Shown here one piece after another: positions 39,742-48,867 of a DNA stretch of 64,000 nucleotides. The notes beneath the pieces are model-generated. The model had not been told where the DNA came from. It saw nothing but the letters and a program-made list of their open reading frames with translations, and searched no databases. The stretch is from a bacterium (GTDB taxonomy: Bacteria > Patescibacteriota > Minisyncoccia > Phycocordibacterales > UBA9973): contig JBAXXQ010000001.1 in the NCBI GenBank assembly GCA_037127795.1, forward strand, positions 335,505 to 399,504. Reading direction: 5' to 3'. The stretch's first letter is position 1. Each line of letters starts with the position of its first letter. A program made the position numbers and the translations under genes.

Positions 39742-40191
39742 ATGAAAGTTATATTACAAAAATCTGTACCAAAACTCGGAAAAGCGGGGGATATATTGGA
39801 AGTAAATCCTGGTTATGCCCAAAATGCATTGTTTCCAAAGGGGCTCGCAATCCCTGCAACACCTATTGCAATTGCTAGTTTGGAGAAAAAGGTAGCAGGT
39901 CTCAAAAATCAAAAAGAGCAACATATTGCAGAAGTGACTAGTGCACTTGCGACTATCAATGACAAGACTATTACCTATACTGCAAAAGCAAATGCCCAAG
40001 GTACGCTATTCTCAAAAATAGACGCAATAACACTCGCGCACTTTTTGGAACAAAAGCTTCATATCCATATTGATCCAAAACATATCACTATCGACGGGGG
40101 TACTATCAAAACGCTTGGTACTGCATCATTTACTGTATCTGCATCTGACAAAAAAATCCACGCAAGCCTTTCTATAGAAGAAGAGAAATAG
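39742..40191 (+). CDS. rplI: 50S ribosomal protein L9
   Basis: MKVILQKSVPKLGKAGDILEVNPGYAQNALFP. Confidence 0.93.
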   Translation: MKVILQKSVPKLGKAGDILEVNPGYAQNALFPKGLAIPATPIAIASLEKKVAGLKNQKEQHIAEVTSALATINDKTITYTAKANAQGTLFSKIDAITLAHFLEQKLHIHIDPKHITIDGGTIKTLGTASFTVSASDKKIHASLSIEEEK

Positions 40192-40230
40192 CATTTCTCT
40201 AGATTTGAATATGTATAGTATACTTATTCA

Positions 40231-41895
40231 ATGCATAAAAAGTTTTATAAAAAAGCCCCTCTGTTTATTACAAGTGTTTTTATTATTTTAGGATTGTTTA
40301 CACAATCAGTATTTGCTGCAACATGGGTTGATCAAACAGGTGTAGGGTTCCGCTCTATGGGCCCCCTAGCTTCTTCTGCTGATGGTACAAAATTAGTTGC
40401 TGTAGGTGATAATGATTATATTTATGCATCGTCTAACTCTGGGGTTACCTGGACTCAGCAAGTATCTGCCGGAATAAGAGGTTGGAGTTCTATTACTTCT
40501 TCTGCTGATGGTACAAAATTATTTGCTACTGTGTATAATGGTGGTATTTATGCTTCAATAGATAATGGTTTTACTTGGGTTAATAGATTACCCTCAAACA
40601 CGAGACAATGGAGTTTTATTACCTCTTCTCCTGATGGTACAAAAGTAGTTGCTGCTGTTAGTGGTGGAGATATCTATACTTCAACAGATAGTGGGGTAAC
40701 ATGGATAGATCAAACAGGTTCAGGTTCTAATAATTGGTCTTCTATTGCTTCTTCTGCTGATGGTACAAAATTAGTGGCATCTGTTTATTATGGAGATATC
40801 TATACTTCAACAGATAGTGGGGTAACATGGATAGATAGAACATCTGCTGGTGTTCATCCTTGGAATTCTGTAGTATCATCATCAGATGGTTTAAAGTTGG
40901 CTGCAACTTTTTCTAGTGGTAATATACAAACTTCATTAGATGGTGGTGTGACATGGACAAGTCAATCAGGGTCAGGTGCTTATTCTTGGTCTTCTATTGC
41001 TTCTTCCGCTGACGGTACGAAATTAGCTGCAGCTACATCAGGAAATTGTGGAGGGTCATGTATCGGTGGTGATATATATACATCATCAGATAGTGGTGTA
41101 ACTTGGGTAGATCAAGCAAATATCGGTGCAACATATTGGAATTCTATTGTCTCTTCTGCTGATGGTAATAAATTAGCAGCTGCGGTTAATCACGGTGATA
41201 TATATACCGTTTCTTTCGCCACCACCCCCCTCCAACCAACCACTCCCACCGGTACCACCACCACAGACACTGCAAACCTCTCTTGGACAGCACCTTCAGA
41301 CGGTGGTTCACCACTCACTGACTACTATATCGAATACAAACCAACAAATACTAACACTTGGACAAGTGTCTCACATACCCCTAGTACTACCACATCAATT
41401 TCTATACCAAACCTCACCAGTGGTACTAGCTACGACTTTAGAATAAGTGCTATCAATGCTATAGGTACTGGTCCTGCATCTACACCATGTACAGTATCAA
41501 CAGCACCCATACACCACAGTGGTGCCTTTGTCCCACTACCCCCAATAGTTGTTCACCATATTAATCCTATACCAACTACTACACCTAAAATAACACTCAC
41601 TATCCCTAGTACAGATCCCAACATCAAAATGATGGCAATCTCTCCAACTAAAGACTTTACCAATATAATTCAACAACCATATACCAATACTATTTCATAT
41701 AACATCTGCCAAGGACTCACTACATGTCCTTCAGGTACCTACACTGCCTACATCCGCCTCTACAATGCCATGGGTATAGCTACTGATACAGCAGTGAATA
41801 TTACGTACAAGAATAACAAAACAACAATAGCTCCAAAGAAAACAATAACTTCAAACAAGGTTGTTGCTTCTAAGAAGAAGGGGAAGAAGAAATAG
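40231..41895 (+). CDS. secreted BNR/Asp-box beta-propeller plus fibronectin type III protein
   Basis: seven WxSIASSADGTKL...IYTSxDSGVTW repeats; FN3 LSWTAPSDGGSP...YDFRISAINAIG. Confidence 0.85.
   Translation: MHKKFYKKAPLFITSVFIILGLFTQSVFAATWVDQTGVGFRSMGPLASSADGTKLVAVGDNDYIYASSNSGVTWTQQVSAGIRGWSSITSSADGTKLFATVYNGGIYASIDNGFTWVNRLPSNTRQWSFITSSPDGTKVVAAVSGGDIYTSTDSGVTWIDQTGSGSNNWSSIASSADGTKLVASVYYGDIYTSTDSGVTWIDRTSAGVHPWNSVVSSSDGLKLAATFSSGNIQTSLDGGVTWTSQSGSGAYSWSSIASSADGTKLAAATSGNCGGSCIGGDIYTSSDSGVTWVDQANIGATYWNSIVSSADGNKLAAAVNHGDIYTVSFATTPLQPTTPTGTTTTDTANLSWTAPSDGGSPLTDYYIEYKPTNTNTWTSVSHTPSTTTSISIPNLTSGTSYDFRISAINAIGTGPASTPCTVSTAPIHHSGAFVPLPPIVVHHINPIPTTTPKITLTIPSTDPNIKMMAISPTKDFTNIIQQPYTNTISYNICQGLTTCPSGTYTAYIRLYNAMGIATDTAVNITYKNNKTTIAPKKTITSNKVVASKKKGKKK
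40665..40836 (+). repeat. 46-nt exact direct repeat (40665-40710 and 40791-40836)
   Basis: TGGAGATATCTATACTTCAACAGATAGTGGGGTAACATGGATAGAT twice, 126 nt apart, in frame. Confidence 0.9.
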
Positions 41896-41907
41896 ACTAC
41901 ATAAATA

Positions 41908-41946
41908 ATAAAAAACTCTCGAAATAAATCGAGAGTTTTTTATTAT
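41908..41946. terminator. bidirectional terminator
   Basis: AAAAAACTCTCGA/TCGAGAGTTTTTT. Confidence 0.85.
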
Positions 41947-41958
41947 AGAGATTTTGTA

Positions 41959-42237
41959 TTATGCAGTTACAATATGAGCGGCTTTACGAACTGAAGTTGT
42001 GCCATCAAAGTTGTCTTTGCGTTTGTCAGTAAATTTTACAACACCAGCCTTGAGTGCAAATAATGTGTGATCTTTTCCGATTCCAACATTTGCGCCAGGA
42101 AGGATTTTTGTACCACGTTGGCGTACAATAATAGCACCAGCTAATGCTTTTTGACCTGCGTACAATTTTGTACCCAAATATTGTGGATTTGAGTCTGACC
42201 CGTTTTTTGTTGCTCCTTGTGCTTTCTTATGTGCCAT
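41959..42237 (-). CDS. rpmA: 50S ribosomal protein L27
   Basis: MAHKKA...IIVRQRGT...GKDHTLFA. Confidence 0.96.
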   Translation of the reverse strand: MAHKKAQGATKNGSDSNPQYLGTKLYAGQKALAGAIIVRQRGTKILPGANVGIGKDHTLFALKAGVVKFTDKRKDNFDGTTSVRKAAHIVTA

Positions 42238-42325
42238 ATTGTTTTATACGTTAATTATGTACAAGTATGGTATCAAAACGGTATTGTTTTGTCAATATAT
42301 CCGAGTTCCTATATACTATATCTAT

Positions 42326-42739
42326 ATGGGCGATACGCTGACTAATTTTATACAAAAACAGTATAAAATCCTCTTTATTATAGGAGTACTACTAATTGCT
42401 GGTGTAAGCTACTATATAGGGCTCCAGGAGGGGCTACAGCGCGGTGAGAGCAGGGTAGCACTCTCATGCGACAAAGGTATTCTAGATACGCTCGCCATCC
42501 CTACAGGCCTTTTATCTGGAAAAACACAACCTGCTGCAATAAATACTAATACAACACAAAATAATACTTCGTCAATAGATACACAAAATGTAACAGGGAA
42601 GTATGTAGGCTCAAGAAATGGAAAAAAGTATTATACTGTAGGATGTTCAGGTACCAAGCGAATCAAACCGGCAAACCTTATTTATTTTAAAGATATACAA
42701 GACGCACAATTACAAGGGTATAGTAAAGGATCATGTTAA
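42326..42739 (+). CDS. membrane protein with C-terminal Ada metal-binding-like domain
   Basis: YVGSRNGKKYYTVGC...IKPANLIYF...AQLQGY. Confidence 0.75.
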   Translation: MGDTLTNFIQKQYKILFIIGVLLIAGVSYYIGLQEGLQRGESRVALSCDKGILDTLAIPTGLLSGKTQPAAINTNTTQNNTSSIDTQNVTGKYVGSRNGKKYYTVGCSGTKRIKPANLIYFKDIQDAQLQGYSKGSC

Positions 42740-43674
42740 GACGATTTTTTCAATCACGAATAGTTTCTCTCTTACTCGTGGTACTTGTCGCGGTATATTC
42801 TCCAGAAATAAAATCATATGTACAAAAAATTTTTTCACATACAAAAGCTAGTGTTGCACAACAAGAGACCGCGACACCAGCAGCTCAAGATATTGAAATT
42901 TTTCCTACTACGGTAGATACTGCAAAAACTGATAGTACTGATGCTACAGAAGAACAACCTAGTTTTGTACAAAAATACAAAGGACCGCTTTCTGTAAACA
43001 ACATCATTGATGCGACAAATATAGAGCGTACCAAGGCAGGGCTCACACCACTCAAAACAAATACACTCCTTATCCAATCTGCAAAGAAAAAGGTTGATGA
43101 TATGATTGCAAAAAATTATTTTGAACATACATCGCCAGATGGAAAAACTGTTTCTGATCTTGCGGACAGTGTAAACTATAAATATATTATTCTCGGAGAA
43201 AATCTTGCAGTAGGAGATTTTGTTGGTAGCGCAGATCTGCTCGATGCGTGGATGGCAAGCCCTGGTCACAAGGCAAATATTCTCAACTCTAAGTATCAAG
43301 AGATCGGTGTCTATGCAGCACAAGGCACATATGAAGGGAGAACTGTTTGGTTTGCAGTGCAGCATTTTGGTACCAATCAATCAGTATGTCCTGGTATTCA
43401 TGCAAATCTAAAAAAAGAAATTGATACAACCAATGAGGACCTCAAAAAGAGGGAAGCAGCTATAGAGGCAGATCGCAAAGAACTCGAAACTCCTATGGCA
43501 GCGCTTTCTATCGACTACAAAGACAAAGTACAAAACTTCAATAACCTTGTCAGCGAATACAATACATTGCTTGCGCAAGTAAAAACAAAAATAGGGACGT
43601 ACAACGATGAAGTACACGCATTCAATAATTGTATCGGCGTATTCCAAAAAGGGCAGACTCCCATAGCTGAGTAA
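42733..43674 (+). CDS. CAP (SCP) domain protein
   Basis: TNIERTKAGL, YFEHTSPDG, GENLA, WMASPGHKANIL, VQHF. Confidence 0.93.
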   Translation: MLRRFFQSRIVSLLLVVLVAVYSPEIKSYVQKIFSHTKASVAQQETATPAAQDIEIFPTTVDTAKTDSTDATEEQPSFVQKYKGPLSVNNIIDATNIERTKAGLTPLKTNTLLIQSAKKKVDDMIAKNYFEHTSPDGKTVSDLADSVNYKYIILGENLAVGDFVGSADLLDAWMASPGHKANILNSKYQEIGVYAAQGTYEGRTVWFAVQHFGTNQSVCPGIHANLKKEIDTTNEDLKKREAAIEADRKELETPMAALSIDYKDKVQNFNNLVSEYNTLLAQVKTKIGTYNDEVHAFNNCIGVFQKGQTPIAE

Positions 43675-43818
43675 TACTATTCCTTGTATGTCTTTTAGAA
43701 ATATATAGATGTCGCACAATATATCTTTTGCGACATGGTTATATAAATAAAATGCTCATATAGTCTACACAGGGTGTGTCGTATACGAGCATTTGTTGTT
43801 GGTGTATTGAATTGGAGT

Positions 43819-43920
43819 TCAATTCCTTTTTCGAGTTCTTTGGAACCATGACTTTGTTTTACTTAAGATTTTTGAAAATTTTCTTCCTGTTCTTCTAATA
43901 CCTTTTTTAATATGAGTCAT
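43819..43920 (-). CDS. 33-aa basic microprotein MTHIKKGIRRTGRKFSKILSKTKSWFQRTRKRN
   Basis: only ATG ORF noted in the gap; TACGAT upstream, long hairpin plus U-tract downstream (43750-43795). Confidence 0.45.
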   Translation of the reverse strand: MTHIKKGIRRTGRKFSKILSKTKSWFQRTRKRN

Positions 43921-43993
43921 ACAACAAGTTTTGTATATATCGTACTACAGATACCCCTTAAATGCACTTGGTGAAAAAAGGCCTTTCGCTCCC

Positions 43994-44290
43994 CTAATCC
44001 TTGAGGTATTTTTGACCGTAGAGGGCCATTGCATCTATGACTTGATGTAAGTGTTCACCTTTGAGTGTCAGCTGATAGAACGGATCATTCTTTTGGACGA
44101 TACCTTGCTCTTCGAGGCGTTTCAATTTGAGTATGAGCGTACGAGTACTTACTCCTTGTAATGACGACAAAAGTTCATTGTATCGCATTGGTCTGTGTAT
44201 CAAGTCTCGTATGATAAGCATGGTCCATGTATCAGATAGTAGGTCTGCAACCTTTGCTATGGGGCATGTAGTATGATCTATTTTTTTCAT
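43994..44290 (-). CDS. HxlR family transcriptional regulator
   Basis: CPIAKVADLLSDTWTMLIIRDL...STRTL...YQLT..G. Confidence 0.92.
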   Translation of the reverse strand: MKKIDHTTCPIAKVADLLSDTWTMLIIRDLIHRPMRYNELLSSLQGVSTRTLILKLKRLEEQGIVQKNDPFYQLTLKGEHLHQVIDAMALYGQKYLKD

Positions 44291-44387
44291 ATGTATAAAT
44301 GTACCACTTTAAAAATAAAAGTAAAGCTTTACAAAGTAAAGTAGTAGGAGTATGCTAGTGGTATTACAAATAATTCAATTTACACAT

Positions 44388-44915
44388 ATGAACACATGGC
44401 ACATAGATACTGCGCACTCAAATATTTCATTCAAGATCAAGCACCTCACTGTTTCTACGGTAAAAGGTAGCTTCAAGACATTTACTGGTACCGCTACTAC
44501 CCTAGACGACTCATTCGTCGATGCGACTCTTGATACAGAAATACAAGTGGCAAGTATTACTACAAACAATGATCAGCGCGATGGGCATCTTTTGTCTCCA
44601 GACTTTTTTGATGTAGAAAAATTCCCCACTGCGCACTTTGTTTCTACTTCTTTCAAAAATGTAGAAAGTAATACATTTGCAATAGCTGGAAATCTTACTA
44701 TCAAGGGCATCACCAAAGAATACACGCTCACTGCAGAATTCAACGGTCTCACCAATAGTATGGATGGAAAAAAGATTGCATCATTTAGTGCAGAGACAAT
44801 ACTCAATCGTGCAGACTTCGGTCTTTCATGGAATGCACCACTAGAAGCTGGTGGACTTATCCTCGGCGAAACAGTAACACTTGAACTCGATATCGAATTC
44901 ATCCTCGCTGCGTAA
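44388..44915 (+). CDS. YceI family protein
   Basis: WHIDTAHS, RDGHLLSPDFFDVEKFP, GNLTIKG; divergent from HxlR. Confidence 0.93.
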   Translation: MNTWHIDTAHSNISFKIKHLTVSTVKGSFKTFTGTATTLDDSFVDATLDTEIQVASITTNNDQRDGHLLSPDFFDVEKFPTAHFVSTSFKNVESNTFAIAGNLTIKGITKEYTLTAEFNGLTNSMDGKKIASFSAETILNRADFGLSWNAPLEAGGLILGETVTLELDIEFILAA

Positions 44916-45013
44916 TATATAGATTGCAGTACTATAAAACCCCTCGTTGTATGAGGGCTTTTATAGTTTGACATATATTATATAAAGTGATTTAATAATA
45001 AAAAATATATAGT

Positions 45014-45274
45014 ATGAATAGAGGTACGAATTTTGGCCAGCCTATAGAGCATACAATCCCCGTTCGGCGTGAAAAAAAGAATATACACGTAGTAAGACAA
45101 AGATCTATTGTACAGCAAGTCTTTGAATTCACTATGCAGGAAAGATTGTCGGATGTATCTGAAAATCTTATTATGAAAATAAGAAGTAAGGATAAAAATT
45201 GGAGAAAACAAGAATTCTCCAAAAAGGGGTATAAAAAATACTATGGGTCAAAAAAAGTCCACAAGCATAAATAG
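45014..45274 (+). CDS. basic hypothetical protein (AT-rich cassette)
   Basis: TTGACA (44968)-17-TTTAAT promoter; terminator 45251-45287. Confidence 0.6.
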   Translation: MNRGTNFGQPIEHTIPVRREKKNIHVVRQRSIVQQVFEFTMQERLSDVSENLIMKIRSKDKNWRKQEFSKKGYKKYYGSKKVHKHK

Positions 45275-45293
45275 CTTGTGGACTTTTCATATA

Positions 45294-45368
45294 TTATTTA
45301 TGAGAAACTGCTTGCCAGATCCAAGTGATTGCGAGAAGTACGAGGATGCTGATAGTAATTATTTTCAT
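45294..45368 (-). CDS. 24-aa single-TM microprotein MKIITISILVLLAITWIWQAVSHK
   Basis: starts 1 nt after lysS stop, ends just before the terminator. Confidence 0.45.
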   Translation of the reverse strand: MKIITISILVLLAITWIWQAVSHK

Positions 45369-45369
45369 A

Positions 45370-46830
45370 TTATTGTCGTGGGCGTGTTAATGGGAATAAT
45401 TGTGCTTCACGTACTGTCGTATCCATCAAGAAACTAAATAAACGTTCTGAGAGTCCGAATCCAAATGCTGGTGGCATTGCATATTCGAGTGCTTCTACGA
45501 ATTCCATATCGGCCATTTGTGCTTCATCGTCCCCTGCATCACGGAGTGCTTGTTGGTGTTCAAAGCGCCCGCGCTGGTCTATAGGGTCGTTGAGTTCACT
45601 AAATCCTTTACCCATTTCGCTTCCTGCGAGAATCACCTGGAAACGCTCTACCGTATGAGGATTCTCTCGGCTTCGTTTTGCGAGAGGTTCCATAAATACT
45701 GGGACATTAATAAGAAATCCTGGACCTGCCAATGTCTTGCGGATTTTTTTCCAGAGCAAATCAACACCACGCTCTACAGTGAGTGTATTTTTGTCATACG
45801 CAATATCTGCGAGCGTCAATACACTTGCAAGCTGATCTGTAGATACAGAAAGAATATCTATATTGTATGTAGTATTGAGGATGTGTGTGTAATCATATAT
45901 TTCCCATTCGTCAGCGAGGTCTATGTTGAAACCTTTGATAGTGAATTTTGTGGTCCCAAAAACTTTTTCTCCGATGAGTTGATAGAGCTCTTTGGTCATT
46001 GCCATACCCTCTACATAGTCGCTATATGCCATGTAGTATTCGAGTTGTGTGTAGTCTTGGAGGTGTTCCGGCGAAATACCTTCATTACGAAAGATTCTAC
46101 CGATTTCAAATGTGCGTGGAAGTCCTCCTACGAGGAGTTTTTTCTGCCACAATTCTCCTGCTGATATGCGAAGAAAAACATCGATATCGAGCGCATTGTG
46201 ATGTGTGATAAAAGGTCGTGCTTCTGCTCCACCGGTAGTATTTTCGAGTACTGGTGTCTCTACTTCAATAAAGTTTTTTTCGAGCAAATAGGTACGGATA
46301 GTATTCCAAAAAAGTGACCGCTTGCGAGCCATGTCTTGGAGTGCAGGAGTAAGGATCATATCGACATAGCGCATACGGAGACGTTCGTCTTCGTCTTTGA
46401 GTCCATACCAGCTATCTGGTAATGCACGAATACTCTTGCTAATCATGCGCCAATTATTACAAAAAATACTTTGTTGTCCTTTTGCGGTGATATATGCCGG
46501 GCCGGTGATTTCTACAAAGTCTCCTTGGTCTACAAGTGTTTGCAAATCTTCATAGAGACTTCCCATAGCATCGAGCTTACAAAATACTTGTATAGATGCG
46601 GTCCCATCATTGATATCAAGGAAGCTCAATGCACCGTGTTTACGAAAAGACATAATACGCCCAGCGAGTATAGATTCAAATTGTGCACTTTCAAGTGTTT
46701 GAAAATTTGCCAAAAAATCTGTGATAGTACTGGTGCGAAGTGATTCTGCTGGATATGGATCAATACCTTTTTCTTTGAGGAGTTCCAATTTGCGTATGCG
46801 CTCTGTTCGTATTTCGTCTTGTGATGCCAT
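45370..46830 (-). CDS. lysS: lysine--tRNA ligase (class II)
   Basis: AGRIMSFR, GGAEARPF, FRNEG, MPPAFGFGL. Confidence 0.96.
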   Translation of the reverse strand: MASQDEIRTERIRKLELLKEKGIDPYPAESLRTSTITDFLANFQTLESAQFESILAGRIMSFRKHGALSFLDINDGTASIQVFCKLDAMGSLYEDLQTLVDQGDFVEITGPAYITAKGQQSIFCNNWRMISKSIRALPDSWYGLKDEDERLRMRYVDMILTPALQDMARKRSLFWNTIRTYLLEKNFIEVETPVLENTTGGAEARPFITHHNALDIDVFLRISAGELWQKKLLVGGLPRTFEIGRIFRNEGISPEHLQDYTQLEYYMAYSDYVEGMAMTKELYQLIGEKVFGTTKFTIKGFNIDLADEWEIYDYTHILNTTYNIDILSVSTDQLASVLTLADIAYDKNTLTVERGVDLLWKKIRKTLAGPGFLINVPVFMEPLAKRSRENPHTVERFQVILAGSEMGKGFSELNDPIDQRGRFEHQQALRDAGDDEAQMADMEFVEALEYAMPPAFGFGLSERLFSFLMDTTVREAQLFPLTRPRQ

Positions 46831-46924
46831 AATTTTTAAATTATATAAGAAAATAAGGGTTTTAGCTATAATTGACTTTAATATAAAAATATGTTATGAT
46901 GTATATGTACCAAAAAAGTTCTTT

Positions 46925-47182
46925 ATGTTAAAAATTATTTTAGTAGTAGTAATTTCACTGTTTTCATTTTCTGGATTTTCTCAACAATCAAAAAAGGTTG
47001 AAAAGATATTTACCGTGGAAGAGATATTGCATGCAAACCCGCCCCACCCTATAGGGGTTAAGGTTGTGATTGATTCAACTCGTGTTGTTAAAATATCGGG
47101 GTGGATGATGAACAGTGTTGTTTTTATAGACAGCACTGGAACGCATATCGAAAATCTCGAGAAGTATCTAAAGAAAAAATAA
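46925..47182 (+). CDS. small exported protein (AT-rich cassette)
   Basis: signal peptide MLKIILVVVISLFSFSGFS-Q; TTGACT (46872)-17-TATGAT promoter; terminator 47204-47240. Confidence 0.7.
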   Translation: MLKIILVVVISLFSFSGFSQQSKKVEKIFTVEEILHANPPHPIGVKVVIDSTRVVKISGWMMNSVVFIDSTGTHIENLEKYLKKK

Positions 47183-47238
47183 ATACTTATTTACTCAAAT
47201 TACAAATAGCTTCTTAGAATATTCTAAGAAGCTATTTT

Positions 47239-48333
47239 TTATATTCCCTCTTTTTTCAGCTCTTCGATGAGATGCTTTGCATTTTTGGAAAGTTTGTGTG
47301 GAAGTTTGATATTGAGCTTGATAATAAAATTACCTCTGCGAATACTACTAGTCGATGCGACACCGAGGTGTTTGAGTACTACGGTATCCCCTAGTTGGCT
47401 TCCTGCAGGAACAGAAAATTCCTTTATACCGTCGAGTGTTTCGATAGTAAAATCATTTCCGAGTAATGCATCAGTGAGTGTAATATCAAATGCAGTATAA
47501 AGATCAGATCCTTGGCGAAGGATTGTTTTGTGTGGAGTCACTGCAATACGAATATAGAGATCGCCGGTTTGGCCACCTTGTATTGCTTCGCCCATACCTT
47601 GTACTCGGAGTGTTTCGCCGTTTTGTATACCAGCCGGGATAGTGACTTTTATCACGCGAGTATCGCGGATAACACCAGCACCCTTACATGTACTACATTT
47701 TTCTTTTGGTATTTTGCCTTTACCGAGACATGTATCACAAGTACTATTTGTTGCGATATTACCGAGTATGGTGCGTTGTATATGGCGGATACTTCCTACG
47801 CCATCACATTTTTTACATGTATCAAAACCACTTCCTGGCTTCGCACCATCGCCCTTACAAGTACTACAGGTGTTTGGTTTGGTGAGAGATATTTCTTTTT
47901 CTATACCAAATACACTTTCTTTGAATGGTAGTGTGATTGTTGTTTGCAAATCATTTCCGCGTCTTTGTTGTGATCTGCGAATTCCGCCACCACCAAACAT
48001 ATCGCCAAAAATATCTCCCATATCAAATTCAAATCCATTACCTGAGCCATTTTGAGAAAATCCTGAAAAATCAAAACCACCAAATCCGCCGTTTCCTCCG
48101 CCGAAACCACCACTTCCCATATTGGGGCCAGCAGATCCAAATTGGTCGTATTGCGCGCGTTTACTATCATCAGAGAGTGTCTGATACGCCTCATTTACTT
48201 CTTTGAATTTTTTCTCATCACCGTCTTTTTTGTCTGGGTGATATTTGTGGGCTAGTTTATGAAATGCCTTCTTTATATCTTCTTTAGAAGCATTTTTTTC
48301 TACCCCTAATGTATGATAAAAATCTTGTGCCAT
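47239..48333 (-). CDS. dnaJ: chaperone DnaJ
   Basis: HPD J-domain, G/F region, four CxxCxGxG repeats. Confidence 0.97.
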   Translation of the reverse strand: MAQDFYHTLGVEKNASKEDIKKAFHKLAHKYHPDKKDGDEKKFKEVNEAYQTLSDDSKRAQYDQFGSAGPNMGSGGFGGGNGGFGGFDFSGFSQNGSGNGFEFDMGDIFGDMFGGGGIRRSQQRRGNDLQTTITLPFKESVFGIEKEISLTKPNTCSTCKGDGAKPGSGFDTCKKCDGVGSIRHIQRTILGNIATNSTCDTCLGKGKIPKEKCSTCKGAGVIRDTRVIKVTIPAGIQNGETLRVQGMGEAIQGGQTGDLYIRIAVTPHKTILRQGSDLYTAFDITLTDALLGNDFTIETLDGIKEFSVPAGSQLGDTVVLKHLGVASTSSIRRGNFIIKLNIKLPHKLSKNAKHLIEELKKEGI

Positions 48334-48418
48334 AGTGGGGGTATTATAACATATCTATATACCAAAATAAAGGCAAAACGCCTTTATTTTGAAGTATATT
48401 TATACAAAATTGTACCGA

Positions 48419-48496
48419 TTATCGGTGGCGGAGAGACACTGTCTTTCCTTCTGCTTTTCGCTTCTTTTTTGCAGCTACTTTTCGTTTCTTGTTCAT
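48419..48496 (-). CDS. 25-aa basic microprotein MNKKRKVAAKKKRKAEGKTVSLRHR
   Basis: TGcTACAAT 9 nt before ATG; hairpin CAAAATAAAGGC/GCCTTTATTTTG downstream. Confidence 0.5.
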   Translation of the reverse strand: MNKKRKVAAKKKRKAEGKTVSLRHR

Positions 48497-48574
48497 AGTG
48501 GATGTATTGTAGCATATATTGGAAATAAAAAAAGCCTTAGTCATGTAATCTATGTTCTAGGCTTTTGGTGTATT

Positions 48575-48775
48575 TTAATTCAATAAATTATCAATATATG
48601 TTTTGATAGTTTCAAGTGCTTGTGTCTTTTCTGTTGCCTCTTCATCTGATGTCGGTATGATTGCCTCAATACCTTTTTTATGAAAATTCATTCGCTCTAT
48701 TTTGAACTGCCACATCTTCCTTTGATTATTGAATGTAAAATCTGCTTCTTCTAATATTTTTTTTATAGTTTCCAT
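48575..48775 (-). CDS. small hypothetical protein
   Basis: 66-aa ORF between two terminators downstream of dnaK. Confidence 0.55.
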   Translation of the reverse strand: METIKKILEEADFTFNNQRKMWQFKIERMNFHKKGIEAIIPTSDEEATEKTQALETIKTYIDNLLN

Positions 48776-48867
48776 GGTACATGTTTTGTATAGTATACCT
48801 AAAGTATCATACAAATAGCAAAAACCCCTTTTGTATAAGGGGTTTTTGCGTGAGCTATTTTTTTGTA

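Noticed and set aside
40321-41210. CRISPR-like or DGR-like repeats
   Set aside because: Repeats are in-frame propeller blades; differences are not adenine-specific and no reverse transcriptase is present
43680-47240. Replication terminus at the switch from mostly + to mostly - genes
   Set aside because: No dif-like site recognised and GC skew cannot be computed by eye
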